Below are positions 34,971-43,774 of a DNA stretch of 63,932 nucleotides, in pieces. How positions within the stretch are numbered: the first letter of the stretch is position 1; every line of letters starts with the position of its first letter. A program made the position numbers and the translations under genes. The DNA is taken from positions 1 through 63,932 of the IMG/VR virus record IMGVR_UViG_3300037070_001552, one strand, 5' to 3'. The stretch is from a virus. Taxonomy: Duplodnaviria > Caudoviricetes. Under the pieces are notes generated by a model. The model had not been told where the DNA came from and did no database searches. It worked only from the letters and a program-made list of their open reading frames with translations.

Positions 34971-35438
34971 ATGACCACCACCACCACCACCCGCGCCGCA
35001 CGGATCGACGCCGCCAAGGTTGCACGGGCGGAAGCGCTTCAGGCATTCCGCGCCGCATCCGCGACCGCGCGTGAAGCCAAGTCGGAAGCGAACCGCGCCG
35101 CATTCCGAGCCCAGCCGATTCGCGTGTCGGCATCCGCCGTGCACGCGGTCACGGGTGCGACTCTCGCCGACGGCGCGACCGCACGGGGGACAGTCACGGA
35201 AGCACACGCCGCCAAGTATGTGAGCATCCGACCCCTCATCGGTAAGCGTGTCACGTTCGCCCGCACGGGAGACGCGCACACGGCGGCAGGACCGACCGCC
35301 AAGTCGGACGCCGCCAAGCGCTACGCGGACGCCAAGCGTGCGGAAGCATCGGCCGCTAAGGCTCTGGCATCGGCCCGCGCGACCGTGAAGCGTGTGAGCG
35401 CCAAGCCCGTGAAGCGGGCCGCACACGCCGCCAAGTAG
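34971..35438 (+). CDS. Ala/Lys/Arg-rich basic protein
   Basis: AGGA RBS; histone-like low-complexity tail; flanked by promoter and hairpin. Confidence 0.7.
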   Translation: MTTTTTTRAARIDAAKVARAEALQAFRAASATAREAKSEANRAAFRAQPIRVSASAVHAVTGATLADGATARGTVTEAHAAKYVSIRPLIGKRVTFARTGDAHTAAGPTAKSDAAKRYADAKRAEASAAKALASARATVKRVSAKPVKRAAHAAK

Positions 35439-35461
35439 CGCGTAGCGCGTGACCGCTAGGT

Positions 35462-35492
35462 TCGCCCCGGTAGGTATCCCCTACCGGGGCGA
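35462..35492 (+). terminator. Hairpin terminator
   Basis: TCGCCCCGGTAGG-TATCC-CCTACCGGGGCGA. Confidence 0.6.
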
Positions 35493-35965
35493 TTCGCGTA
35501 TGCGGCGTCAGGCCGGCATAGCATGGCGCCATATCGCGCATATACCAGTACCAGAATCTATTCGGGGTACAGATATACCGGATGTGGGATATATCCGGGG
35601 TACAGTCCCTGTCGCAGCCCCGTAGCGCCAGCGGAGGGGCGGTTCGTCGCGATCACTCCTCGCGCGAGCGCTCGTCGCTACAGGGGAAGTGTCAGCCCGA
35701 ACAGTCTCGACCCTAGGCGCCCAGGTCTATTGCGCGCTCCGCAATAGGTGGCATCCACCGCCGGGCTGCCAAGCGCGCGTAGCGTTTCGCTTGCAGATGC
35801 GCCGTTTCAGCTGAGCGAGGGAGACACCCTCTGGTGCTGACGTGCGGGCCCGCGTCACCGGGCAAGAGACATCATCCGGCTCTAACCCGTTTGCGCCGAT
35901 GTCTAGTCGTGCGACTTCCAAACTCAGACCGGAAGCTCTGCCAGTATGCGCCCGCAACTTCGTGA

Positions 35966-35994
35966 TGGCAAGATCCGACACGCAGGCGTATTGT
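35966..35994 (+). promoter_or_regulatory. Putative promoter for a leaderless mRNA
   Basis: TGGCAA-N17-TATTGT, 7 nt before ATG 36002. Confidence 0.55.
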
Positions 35995-36001
35995 GTACCC
36001 C

Positions 36002-36490
36002 ATGACAACTGAGCAGATGGATTGGGTCGACGACGAGCGCGCCGGCCGGCATGACAAGGTGATCCCGCGCGAGCCCGATTTGGGCAAGCGCCTGAAAGCC
36101 ATCGGCGCACTGGTCGGGCGCGAGGACGGCGACGTGTGGGTGAATTGCCCGCTGTCGATCGTGCTCGAGCAGGTGAAGGGTGCGCGCGACGACGAGCACA
36201 CCGCGTGGCTGATCACGCCGCACGGCGAGAAGGTTCCGATCCCGCCGCACGTCGCTGCGCAGATCCGCTCGATCGAGTACAACGGCGGTCAGCCCGTCGG
36301 CATCCAGACCGAGGACGAGATTCGCGTGACCGACGCCGAGACGATCATCGCCGAGCACGGGTGGGCCACCGACGACGTGCCGACCCAGGCCGAGGAGCCG
36401 ATCGAGGATCGACTGCATCGGGCGTTCCTGAACGGCTATCGCGAGGGATCCGAACGTGCGGCGCGCGGCTACCGATGGGATCACTCATGA
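36002..36490 (+). CDS. Hypothetical protein
   Basis: First gene of the rightward operon. Confidence 0.7.
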   Translation: MTTEQMDWVDDERAGRHDKVIPREPDLGKRLKAIGALVGREDGDVWVNCPLSIVLEQVKGARDDEHTAWLITPHGEKVPIPPHVAAQIRSIEYNGGQPVGIQTEDEIRVTDAETIIAEHGWATDDVPTQAEEPIEDRLHRAFLNGYREGSERAARGYRWDHS

Positions 36491-36804
36491 ACCGCCGGGA
36501 GCACTACCTCGAGGCCGAGGACGCGCTCGCGAAGATCGCTGAGGCCGACGCTCAGATCAAGGAGGCTCTCGCCGACGGTTCGCTGACGGACGAGCAACTC
36601 AAGGCGATCAACGCCGGGATGGAGTACGCCGTGCAGATCGCACAGGTGCACGCCACGCTCGCGCAGGTGCCGGCGCGCTGGATTGCCGGCGAGGACTACT
36701 CGGACCAGACTGAGGGGGCGCTCGCGCAGCACCCTGACGTGCACCCCGACGGCGACACCCGCGGTTCGGGGATGGGGATCCTACATCCGGAGGCAACATC
36801 ATGA
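36487..36804 (+). CDS. Hypothetical protein
   Basis: MNRREHYLEAE...AQVHATLA; ATGA overlaps. Confidence 0.7.
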   Translation: MNRREHYLEAEDALAKIAEADAQIKEALADGSLTDEQLKAINAGMEYAVQIAQVHATLAQVPARWIAGEDYSDQTEGALAQHPDVHPDGDTRGSGMGILHPEATS

Positions 36805-37022
36805 CCGAGACCGAGCCCGACTACAGCGACCGGCCGCAGACCTGTCCGATGTGCGGCAATCCGAACGTCGGCCACACCGCGGGCGCCGACTGGTGCATCG
36901 CGCCGGAGCGCAACGAGGGCGAGCCGCCATCCGAGTACGGGTGCGGCTGGCTGGACGTGCCGAACCCGGTGCCGGTGAACGAGTCCGAGCCCTACCTCGA
37001 GGCGAAGGCGGCCGAGCAATGA
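36801..37022 (+). CDS. Small Cys-containing protein
   Basis: CPMCG...C...CGW; GGAGG RBS. Confidence 0.65.
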   Translation: MTETEPDYSDRPQTCPMCGNPNVGHTAGADWCIAPERNEGEPPSEYGCGWLDVPNPVPVNESEPYLEAKAAEQ

Positions 37023-37306
37023 AGCTGATCGCGGAGTCCAAGACCGATCGCGTGTGGGAGGACGAGGAGAGCGGCAACTTCTCGATCGAGCGCGCCGAGG
37101 TGTACACCGTGCGACTGCTCGTGCCCGAGCTGCTCGACGACGCACAGGAAGCGATCTTCATCCGCGCCGGCAAGGATCTCGCGAAGCTCGCCATCGAGAA
37201 GGCTCTCGGCGAGCCGGCCGCCGGCGCCAACGAGACCTACGAGACCGCCGAGGATCATCCCGGGTTCCGATGGCTGCGCGTGACTCGCGCCTATTGGCCC
37301 GCGTGA
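37019..37306 (+). CDS. Hypothetical protein
   Basis: MKLIAESK; ATGA overlap. Confidence 0.65.
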   Translation: MKLIAESKTDRVWEDEESGNFSIERAEVYTVRLLVPELLDDAQEAIFIRAGKDLAKLAIEKALGEPAAGANETYETAEDHPGFRWLRVTRAYWPA

Positions 37307-37327
37307 GTGCCGGGGTACACTTCCGCC

Positions 37328-37507
37328 ATGGCAATTCGAGGACGCAAGCCCAAGGCCGGCACGTCGCGGGATAAGTACCTGCGCGTGCGGATGACACCCG
37401 ACGAGCTCGATCGCACCGAGCGCGTCGCCGAGACCCTGAGCCTCGAGCGCAGTGAGTACGTGCGACAGACCCTGGCGGCCGACGCGAAGCGCAAGAAGAT
37501 CACATGA
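37328..37507 (+). CDS. Ribbon-helix-helix DNA-binding protein
   Basis: GRKPK...YLRVRMTPDE...RSEYVR; TACACT -10 box 6 nt upstream (leaderless). Confidence 0.7.
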   Translation: MAIRGRKPKAGTSRDKYLRVRMTPDELDRTERVAETLSLERSEYVRQTLAADAKRKKIT

Positions 37508-37641
37508 AGCTGCTGATCGGATTCGTTCTCGGCGTCGCGGCCACCTACGGCGCCGCTCTCGCGCTGTTCATGATCGGAGACCGGCTCGAGGTGGAGGCCG
37601 CGCGCGAGGACGAGCTCGAGGGGTGGGCGAACGGTGTCTGA
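37504..37641 (+). CDS. Small membrane protein (not in ORF track)
   Basis: MKLLIGFVLGVAATYGAALALFMIG...; ATGA overlap. Confidence 0.55.
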   Translation: MKLLIGFVLGVAATYGAALALFMIGDRLEVEAAREDELEGWANGV

Positions 37642-38338
37642 CGACGAGTACCCACCGGAGGCCGGCGATAACGTCGTGTTCCTCGATATGCACAAGCCGA
37701 CCGGCCGCAAGCGCAAGGGCGGCGGCGGTTCCGGCAGGGGTGGCGGCGGCGAGGGCGGCGATCCGCCGGCCAAGAAGGAGAAGCGCCGGATCATCCCGGT
37801 GCTGCCGAAGATCGAGATCGACGCATCCGAGATCGAGATCACCGGGCCGGTCACCCGCCGAGATCGCGCCGTCGTGAACATGCGCATCACCGGCGCCAGC
37901 TTTCAGAAGATCTCGGACGTGCTGGATCTCGGATCTGCGACCGAGGCCAAGAAGATCCTGTACGCGACGCTCGCCAAGACCCATCCCGAGGAGGACTGGG
38001 ACACGCTGCGCCAGCTGGAAATCGCGCGCGCGGACCAGCTGCTCGAGCAAGCAATGTCCATGGCCGGCGCCGATTACTTCGTCGACCACGAGGATCCCGA
38101 CATCCTGATCCCGAACGAGGACAAGATTCGCTGGGCCGGGGTCGCGCAGTCGGCTCTCGCGCTGCACGCCACCATCACGGGCGCAAAGGCGCCCGTTCGG
38201 ATGGAGGTGACCCCCACCGACCACGAATACGCCATCCTGGTGCAGAAGATGCTCGAGCTCGAGGGCAAGGCGCCCCCGAAGGAGTACGACATCCTGGACG
38301 CGGAGGAGGTCACCGATGAGGAATCAGGACCGGAGTAG
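37634..38338 (+). CDS. Putative terminase small subunit (HTH)
   Basis: MRITGASFQKISDVL HTH; LEIARADQL; ITGAKAP; lies upstream of terL. Confidence 0.55.
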   Translation: MSDDEYPPEAGDNVVFLDMHKPTGRKRKGGGGSGRGGGGEGGDPPAKKEKRRIIPVLPKIEIDASEIEITGPVTRRDRAVVNMRITGASFQKISDVLDLGSATEAKKILYATLAKTHPEEDWDTLRQLEIARADQLLEQAMSMAGADYFVDHEDPDILIPNEDKIRWAGVAQSALALHATITGAKAPVRMEVTPTDHEYAILVQKMLELEGKAPPKEYDILDAEEVTDEESGPE

Positions 38339-38663
38339 CCCCGGATGGGCCGATCGCTTGCGAGCCGACGTGGAGGCCCTTCCGCTGGGGACGAATCGGC
38401 GAGGCAAGCACGCCGGTCGGTTCAACATCGAGATCACGCCGGGGATTCTGCCGCTGCTCAAGCGGGCCGCGGCTGCTCGCGGGGTGTCCCCGACCAGCTA
38501 TATCCGCCGAGCGATGCTCTCATTCATCGCGCACGACCTGAACAAGCCGTTCGAGGCGGTGCTGCAGCACGATCCACGCGTTTCCGGGCCCGGATCTACC
38601 CGAGCAGTGGTCGATCTTGAGGGAAATATCGGCGGATCCTGGGAAATCGAGGACTTGCGGTGA
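38316..38663 (+). CDS. Hypothetical protein with RHH-like segment
   Basis: LLKRAAAARGVSPTSYIRRA. Confidence 0.6.
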   Translation: MRNQDRSSPGWADRLRADVEALPLGTNRRGKHAGRFNIEITPGILPLLKRAAAARGVSPTSYIRRAMLSFIAHDLNKPFEAVLQHDPRVSGPGSTRAVVDLEGNIGGSWEIEDLR

Positions 38664-40183
38664 CCAATCTCGACCTGAGCACCACGAAACTCGCGCCGAA
38701 GGCGCGTGTGGAGCTCGTTCGGCGCTACAACGAGGCCGTTTCGGTCGATCATCGGCTCTGGTACTGCCAGCTGGGGCGGATTTGCGACGGTCGACCCCAC
38801 GAGGGGGCCGATTACCCCCATGCGCAGGACTATCAGTACCCCCCGGCCGGTTTCGACTGGGATACGTGGTTCATGATGTGCGGTCGAGGCACCGGCAAGA
38901 CCCTTTCGGGCGCGAACTGGGTCCGATCCATCACCAAGAAGGTCGGACGCATCGCTCTGGTCGGCCGGCGACTGGATGACACCCGAAAGACCATGGTCGA
39001 GGGTGAATCCGGCATCCGCGAGGCGTGCAAGATGGCCGGCGAGACCTTCGACTGGAAGCCGGCGCTGAAAACCTTCACGTTCCAGAACGGCGCGCAAGCA
39101 TTCTGCTACTCAGGCGAGGAGCCCGACTCTCTCCGAGGCCCCGAGCACGGTGCCGGCTGGATCGACGAGCCCTGCCACATCGAGGCCATCGACGACGTGT
39201 GGAGCAACTACAACCTGGGTCTGCGCCAGAAGGGCTACCCCGGCGGGGCAAAGACGCTGCTCTCGAGCTCGCCGCTCCCGATCGCGTGGACGCGCGCGCG
39301 GATCGCCGAGCAGGGGCAGATCGACCCCGAGACCGGCGAGAAGCTCCCGGTGACCAAGCTCGTGTCGGTCCCGACGAGCCGCAACATCCACAATCTCGAC
39401 GAGTCGTACGTGCGACGCGTGGTGAACCCGCTGATCGGCACCCGTGCCGGCCGGCAGGAGCTCGACGCCGAGCTCATCGAGGATGTCGAGGGCGCGCTGT
39501 GGCAGACCGACCTGTTCCAGTACTTCGACCCGACCAACTTCCGCTTCGACCGCATCGTGGTGGGCGTGGACCCGGCCGGATCGCAGGGCAAGAAGTCCGA
39601 CGAGACCGGGATCATCGTCGCCGGCAAGATCGGCGACGGTTTCTACGTGCTCGACGACTTCACGGGCAAGTACTCGCCGGCCGGCTGGGCATCCAAGACC
39701 AAGCTCGCGTACGAGAAGTGGTCGGCGGATGCCGTGGTCGTGGAGCGCAACTACGGCGGCGACATGGTGGAGGACACGCTGCGCAACCACGGCTACGAGG
39801 ATCGCGTGATCCAGGTGAAGGCATCCGACGGCAAGCGCGTGCGAGCCGAACCGATCGCGGCGATCTACGAGCAGAAGCGCGGCTACCACGCGCGCAACGC
39901 GCAGATGATGGTCTCCGAGCGAGGCGGCACCCCGCGCAACAAGCTCGCCGTGCTCGAGGACGAGCTCGTGACGTGGGTGCCGGGCATGAAGTCGCCGAAC
40001 CGCCTCGACGCGATGGTGTGGGCCGCGTACGAGCTCATGAAGTTCAAGGCATCCGGCGCCGTGCAGGCAGGATCTCCGACCGGGCACCCGTTCGGCGCGC
40101 CGCGGCCGAGCTTTCAGCCCGGGTCCAAGAAGTCAGCGAAGGCCGCCATCGCGGCGGCAATGGGAAGGCAGCTGGGACGATGA
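38660..40183 (+). CDS. terL: Terminase large subunit
   Basis: Walker A GRGTGKT, LRGP, WIDE, VGVDPA, DETGI, VERNYGG, SPNRLDA. Confidence 0.93.
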   Translation: MTNLDLSTTKLAPKARVELVRRYNEAVSVDHRLWYCQLGRICDGRPHEGADYPHAQDYQYPPAGFDWDTWFMMCGRGTGKTLSGANWVRSITKKVGRIALVGRRLDDTRKTMVEGESGIREACKMAGETFDWKPALKTFTFQNGAQAFCYSGEEPDSLRGPEHGAGWIDEPCHIEAIDDVWSNYNLGLRQKGYPGGAKTLLSSSPLPIAWTRARIAEQGQIDPETGEKLPVTKLVSVPTSRNIHNLDESYVRRVVNPLIGTRAGRQELDAELIEDVEGALWQTDLFQYFDPTNFRFDRIVVGVDPAGSQGKKSDETGIIVAGKIGDGFYVLDDFTGKYSPAGWASKTKLAYEKWSADAVVVERNYGGDMVEDTLRNHGYEDRVIQVKASDGKRVRAEPIAAIYEQKRGYHARNAQMMVSERGGTPRNKLAVLEDELVTWVPGMKSPNRLDAMVWAAYELMKFKASGAVQAGSPTGHPFGAPRPSFQPGSKKSAKAAIAAAMGRQLGR

Positions 40184-40398
40184 AGGTCGAGTTCAGTCAG
40201 GGCGGTCCTGCAGACGGCCGCGTGCAGGAGATCGAAGGGACGCCCGAGACGTTGCTGATCTACGAGCTCGCGCCGGGGAAGATCCAGGACATGAAGCCCG
40301 ACACCGGCGTGCCGATCATCACGCACGTCTACCGCAGCGCGTCTAAGCTGACCCGCGACGGTGCGCACGTGTTCACGTACCGGGGAAGGACACGATGA
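40180..40398 (+). CDS. Hypothetical protein
   Basis: MKVEFSQGGPADG; ATGA overlaps. Confidence 0.65.
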   Translation: MKVEFSQGGPADGRVQEIEGTPETLLIYELAPGKIQDMKPDTGVPIITHVYRSASKLTRDGAHVFTYRGRTR

Positions 40399-40748
40399 TG
40401 ACCATCCTCGACGCACTCCTGGGTCTGCAGTGGTGGCAGGTGCTGCTCGCCGGCGCCGTGCTCGTGATCGGCGCTGCGCGCCTCACCCGACTCATCACGC
40501 ACGACGCGTTCCCGCCGATCGTGCGCGTGCGGATCTGGTACGAGGACCATGTGCCCGAGGACTGGGGGATGCTCGTGCATTGCCCGTGGTGCATGGGCCC
40601 GTGGATGACCCTGATCGGCCTGGTGCTGTTCATCGTGACGATCCTCACCCCGGGCATCGCGTTCTTCTGGTGGTTCTTCTACGGCTGGATGGCGCTGAGC
40701 TACCTCACCTCGCAGTACGTGCACTTCGACGAGGGGACGGGCGAATGA
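40395..40748 (+). CDS. Membrane protein (DUF1360-like)
   Basis: RLTRLITHD...CPWC..PW with TM segments. Confidence 0.7.
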   Translation: MMTILDALLGLQWWQVLLAGAVLVIGAARLTRLITHDAFPPIVRVRIWYEDHVPEDWGMLVHCPWCMGPWMTLIGLVLFIVTILTPGIAFFWWFFYGWMALSYLTSQYVHFDEGTGE

Positions 40749-41425
40749 GCATTCTGACGATCGAGGTGCCGCAGCTGACACCGAAGCTGGGGCGCCAGGT
40801 GGTGCACGACACGCGCTCGCGCGCGTTCGCGATGGCATCGGCGATCGACCGCAGCGCCTGGCGGGACCGCTCGATCCGGCTGTACGACCCGACGCCGAAC
40901 CCGAATCAGAGAGTCGGATGCTGCACTGGCGTCGCGAAGTGCTCGCAGCTGAACGCCGTCGGCAACCGCAAGGCCGGGCGCGTGCTCAAGATGGCCGACG
41001 CCGAGCGGATCTACAGCCGCAACACGGCGATCGACCCGTGGGATGGCACGTGGCCGCCCGACGATACCGGCTCGAGCGGACTCGCGAGCTGCCAGACGGC
41101 GGTCGAGTTCGGGCTTGCCGGCGAATACCGCTGGCTGTTCGGCGGCGCCGACGAGGTGGTGCAGAACATCATGGAGGGCCGAGTGATCTCGGTCGGCACG
41201 TGGTGGTACTGGGATCTGTTTCAGCCCGACTCTCGCGGCAAGATCACCCCGGGCGGGGGACGCGCCGGCGGGCATCAGTACGTGATCCGCGGCTACGACG
41301 TGGATCGGGACTGGGTGCTCGGCCGCTGTTGGTGGGGATCGTTCCGCGACTTCTGGATGAGCCGAGCCGATCTCGACGGCCTACTCCGCGATGACGGCGA
41401 CGCACACTTTCAGCGCACGGCCTGA
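40745..41425 (+). CDS. Papain-like (C1) cysteine peptidase
   Basis: NQ.VGCCTG, GGHQYVIRGYD, WWG. Confidence 0.65.
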   Translation: MSILTIEVPQLTPKLGRQVVHDTRSRAFAMASAIDRSAWRDRSIRLYDPTPNPNQRVGCCTGVAKCSQLNAVGNRKAGRVLKMADAERIYSRNTAIDPWDGTWPPDDTGSSGLASCQTAVEFGLAGEYRWLFGGADEVVQNIMEGRVISVGTWWYWDLFQPDSRGKITPGGGRAGGHQYVIRGYDVDRDWVLGRCWWGSFRDFWMSRADLDGLLRDDGDAHFQRTA

Positions 41426-41616
41426 TCATGCGGATCTTCGGGATGTCGGCGGCAGCCGGCATCCTGGCCGGCGTCGCGGTCGCGGCGCTGATCTGCCGGC
41501 ACTACGAGCACGTCTATCGCGAGCTCTGGCACTTCCGCTAGGCTGGCCGACAGGTCGGCCGCCGAGCTTCGGGGTCGCAGCCTCTTCCGCATTCATCACT
41601 ATGCCGAGGAGGCATC

Positions 41617-41874
41617 ATGTCCGTAGCAGCCCGATTCTGGGTCCAGAAGTCTGAGAAGCACGTCGTCGCCGGTGGCGGCATCATGCGCACCATCACCCTG
41701 CAGCCGGTGGTCCGCGCGCACGAGCTGCCCGGCGGCGAGGGCAACGTCGACTGGTCGAAGTACACGCCGGCCGGCAATATCTCGCTGACCGTCACGCAGG
41801 ACGGCGCGGGCGAGTGGTTCGAGGAGCGTCTCGGCAAGGATGTGGCGATCACCTTCGCCGATCCCGAGGACTAG
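41617..41874 (+). CDS. Hypothetical protein
   Basis: GAGGAGG RBS; N.DWSKYTPAGNISLTV. Confidence 0.75.
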   Translation: MSVAARFWVQKSEKHVVAGGGIMRTITLQPVVRAHELPGGEGNVDWSKYTPAGNISLTVTQDGAGEWFEERLGKDVAITFADPED

Positions 41875-41956
41875 CTCTGTGGTTTTCGCGCGAGCGGGCG
41901 GTAGTATGCCGCGATAGAGGGTGCGCGCGGGCGTGCTCGCGAAACTAGGGGGCGCA

Positions 41957-43774
41957 ATGCCGAAGTCGCCATCGGGGTTTCGGTCGGAAGTCCTTGCGCG
42001 GCCAGAGAAGATGGCTGTCTACGCCGCGGCGAAGAACTTCACGATCGGCAAGGCTCGGAAGGGCGTTCCTGTCACCAGCGAGAAGCAAGCCGGTGATCCC
42101 TGGCAGGAGACCGGCTGGGACTTCTACGACACCATCGGCGAGTATCGCTACTCAGTCGACTGGGTGGGCAATCTACTCTCGCGCGCGACGCTGCATGCGA
42201 CCAAGGACGGCAAGATCACCACGGACACGCTGCCGGCCGAGGTCGTTGCCGCGCTGTTCGGCGGGCCCGACGGTCAGAGCGAAATGCTCCGCTCGCTGGG
42301 CATCCACTACACGGTGGCCGGCGAAGCGTACGTGATCGGCGTCGACATGGACGATCAGGACGATTGGTTCGTGATCGCCTCGACGGAGATCAAGCGCTCC
42401 GGCGACAACCGATTCAGCGTCAAGGGCCTCGATCTCGACATCGAGGAGGGCAGCTCCCTGGTCATGCGCCTCTGGCGCGCGCACCCGAGGATGCCGTGGA
42501 AGTCCAACGCGCCGACCCGCGCGGTGCTGCCGATCCTCGCCGAGATCGAGAAGCTCACGATGCACGTGGCCGCGCAGCTGGACTCGCGCCTGGCCGGTGC
42601 CGGCTTGCTGCTGCTCCCCTCGGATATGACCTTCCCGAACATGCCGACATCCAAGCCCGCGCCCGTCGAGGGCGAGGAGGATGCCAGCGGCATCGTGCCC
42701 AACGGCGCGCAGGCGTTCGTGAACATGCTGATCGAGGTGATGTCGACCGCCATCGGCGACCGCTCCGACGCATCCGCTCTCGTGCCGATCGTGCTGCAGG
42801 TGGCCGGCGAGTATCTCGAGAAGGTCCAGCACCTCAAGTTCTGGTCCGAGCTCGACGAGAAGGCCATCGAGCTGCGCAACGAAGCGATCCGCCGGCTCGC
42901 GCTGGGCATGGACATGCCGCCCGAGATCCTGACCGGCACCGCCGAGATCAATCACTGGGGCGCGTGGCAGGTAGACGAGTCCTCGATCAAGTCGCACTCC
43001 GAGCCGCTACTCAAGGCCATCACCTCGGCGCTGACCATCGGCTATCTTCGCCCCGTGCTCGAGGCCGAAGGCATGGACCCCGAGGAGGCCGCGACCTACG
43101 CGATCGGCGCCGACACCTCGCAGCTGCGGATGCGGCCGAACCGCTCGCGCGAATCGCAGGAGCTCTACGAGAAGGGCGAGCTCTCGGCGCGCACGATGCG
43201 CCTCGAGAACGGATTCACCGAAGAGGACGCCATGACCGAGGAGGAGCGCCGCGACTGGCTGCTCATGAAGGTCGCCGGCGGATCCGCCACGCCGGCGCAG
43301 GTGGAGGCCGCCCTGCAGCTGCTCGGTTTGCAGATCGTGACGGCCGAGAGCGCACCGGATCAGGAGACGCGCGAGGCGCGCCCCGACCCGTCGCTCGAGG
43401 ATCACCCCGACCGCAACCCGCCGGAAGAGGTGGTGACTGCGGCGGAGGTCATGGTCTTTCGTGCCCTCGAGCGCGCCGGCAACCGGCTCAAGGTCCGCGT
43501 CGGCGGCAAGACCGGGGGACTTCCGGCGCACGAGCTCTACATGAAGATGCCGCAGCTGACCGCGCTCGAGGTGGATGCTCTGCTCGAGGATGCCTGGTCA
43601 TGCACCGAGTGGACCGATCTCCCGGTGCTGCCGCAGGATCTCGAGGGCGTGCTTAACCGCTACACGCACACCTTGCTCGCGCTGCGCAAGCCGCACGATC
43701 GCGCGCTGCTGCGCACGAATCTGTACGAGCTGTTCCCCGCACCCTCTGATCTCCGAGAGCTCGTGAGGGTCTAG
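41957..43774 (+). CDS. Portal protein
   Basis: About 605 aa after terL; IRRLALGMDMPPEILTG..NHWGAW typical of B-like actinophage portals. Confidence 0.85.
   Translation: MPKSPSGFRSEVLARPEKMAVYAAAKNFTIGKARKGVPVTSEKQAGDPWQETGWDFYDTIGEYRYSVDWVGNLLSRATLHATKDGKITTDTLPAEVVAALFGGPDGQSEMLRSLGIHYTVAGEAYVIGVDMDDQDDWFVIASTEIKRSGDNRFSVKGLDLDIEEGSSLVMRLWRAHPRMPWKSNAPTRAVLPILAEIEKLTMHVAAQLDSRLAGAGLLLLPSDMTFPNMPTSKPAPVEGEEDASGIVPNGAQAFVNMLIEVMSTAIGDRSDASALVPIVLQVAGEYLEKVQHLKFWSELDEKAIELRNEAIRRLALGMDMPPEILTGTAEINHWGAWQVDESSIKSHSEPLLKAITSALTIGYLRPVLEAEGMDPEEAATYAIGADTSQLRMRPNRSRESQELYEKGELSARTMRLENGFTEEDAMTEEERRDWLLMKVAGGSATPAQVEAALQLLGLQIVTAESAPDQETREARPDPSLEDHPDRNPPEEVVTAAEVMVFRALERAGNRLKVRVGGKTGGLPAHELYMKMPQLTALEVDALLEDAWSCTEWTDLPVLPQDLEGVLNRYTHTLLALRKPHDRALLRTNLYELFPAPSDLRELVRV

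Noticed and set aside
35577-35600. A further Y-RNA unit (GGATGTG match)
   Set aside because: Lacks the partner TAACCGA..CGACCC motif; it is part of a local inverted repeat
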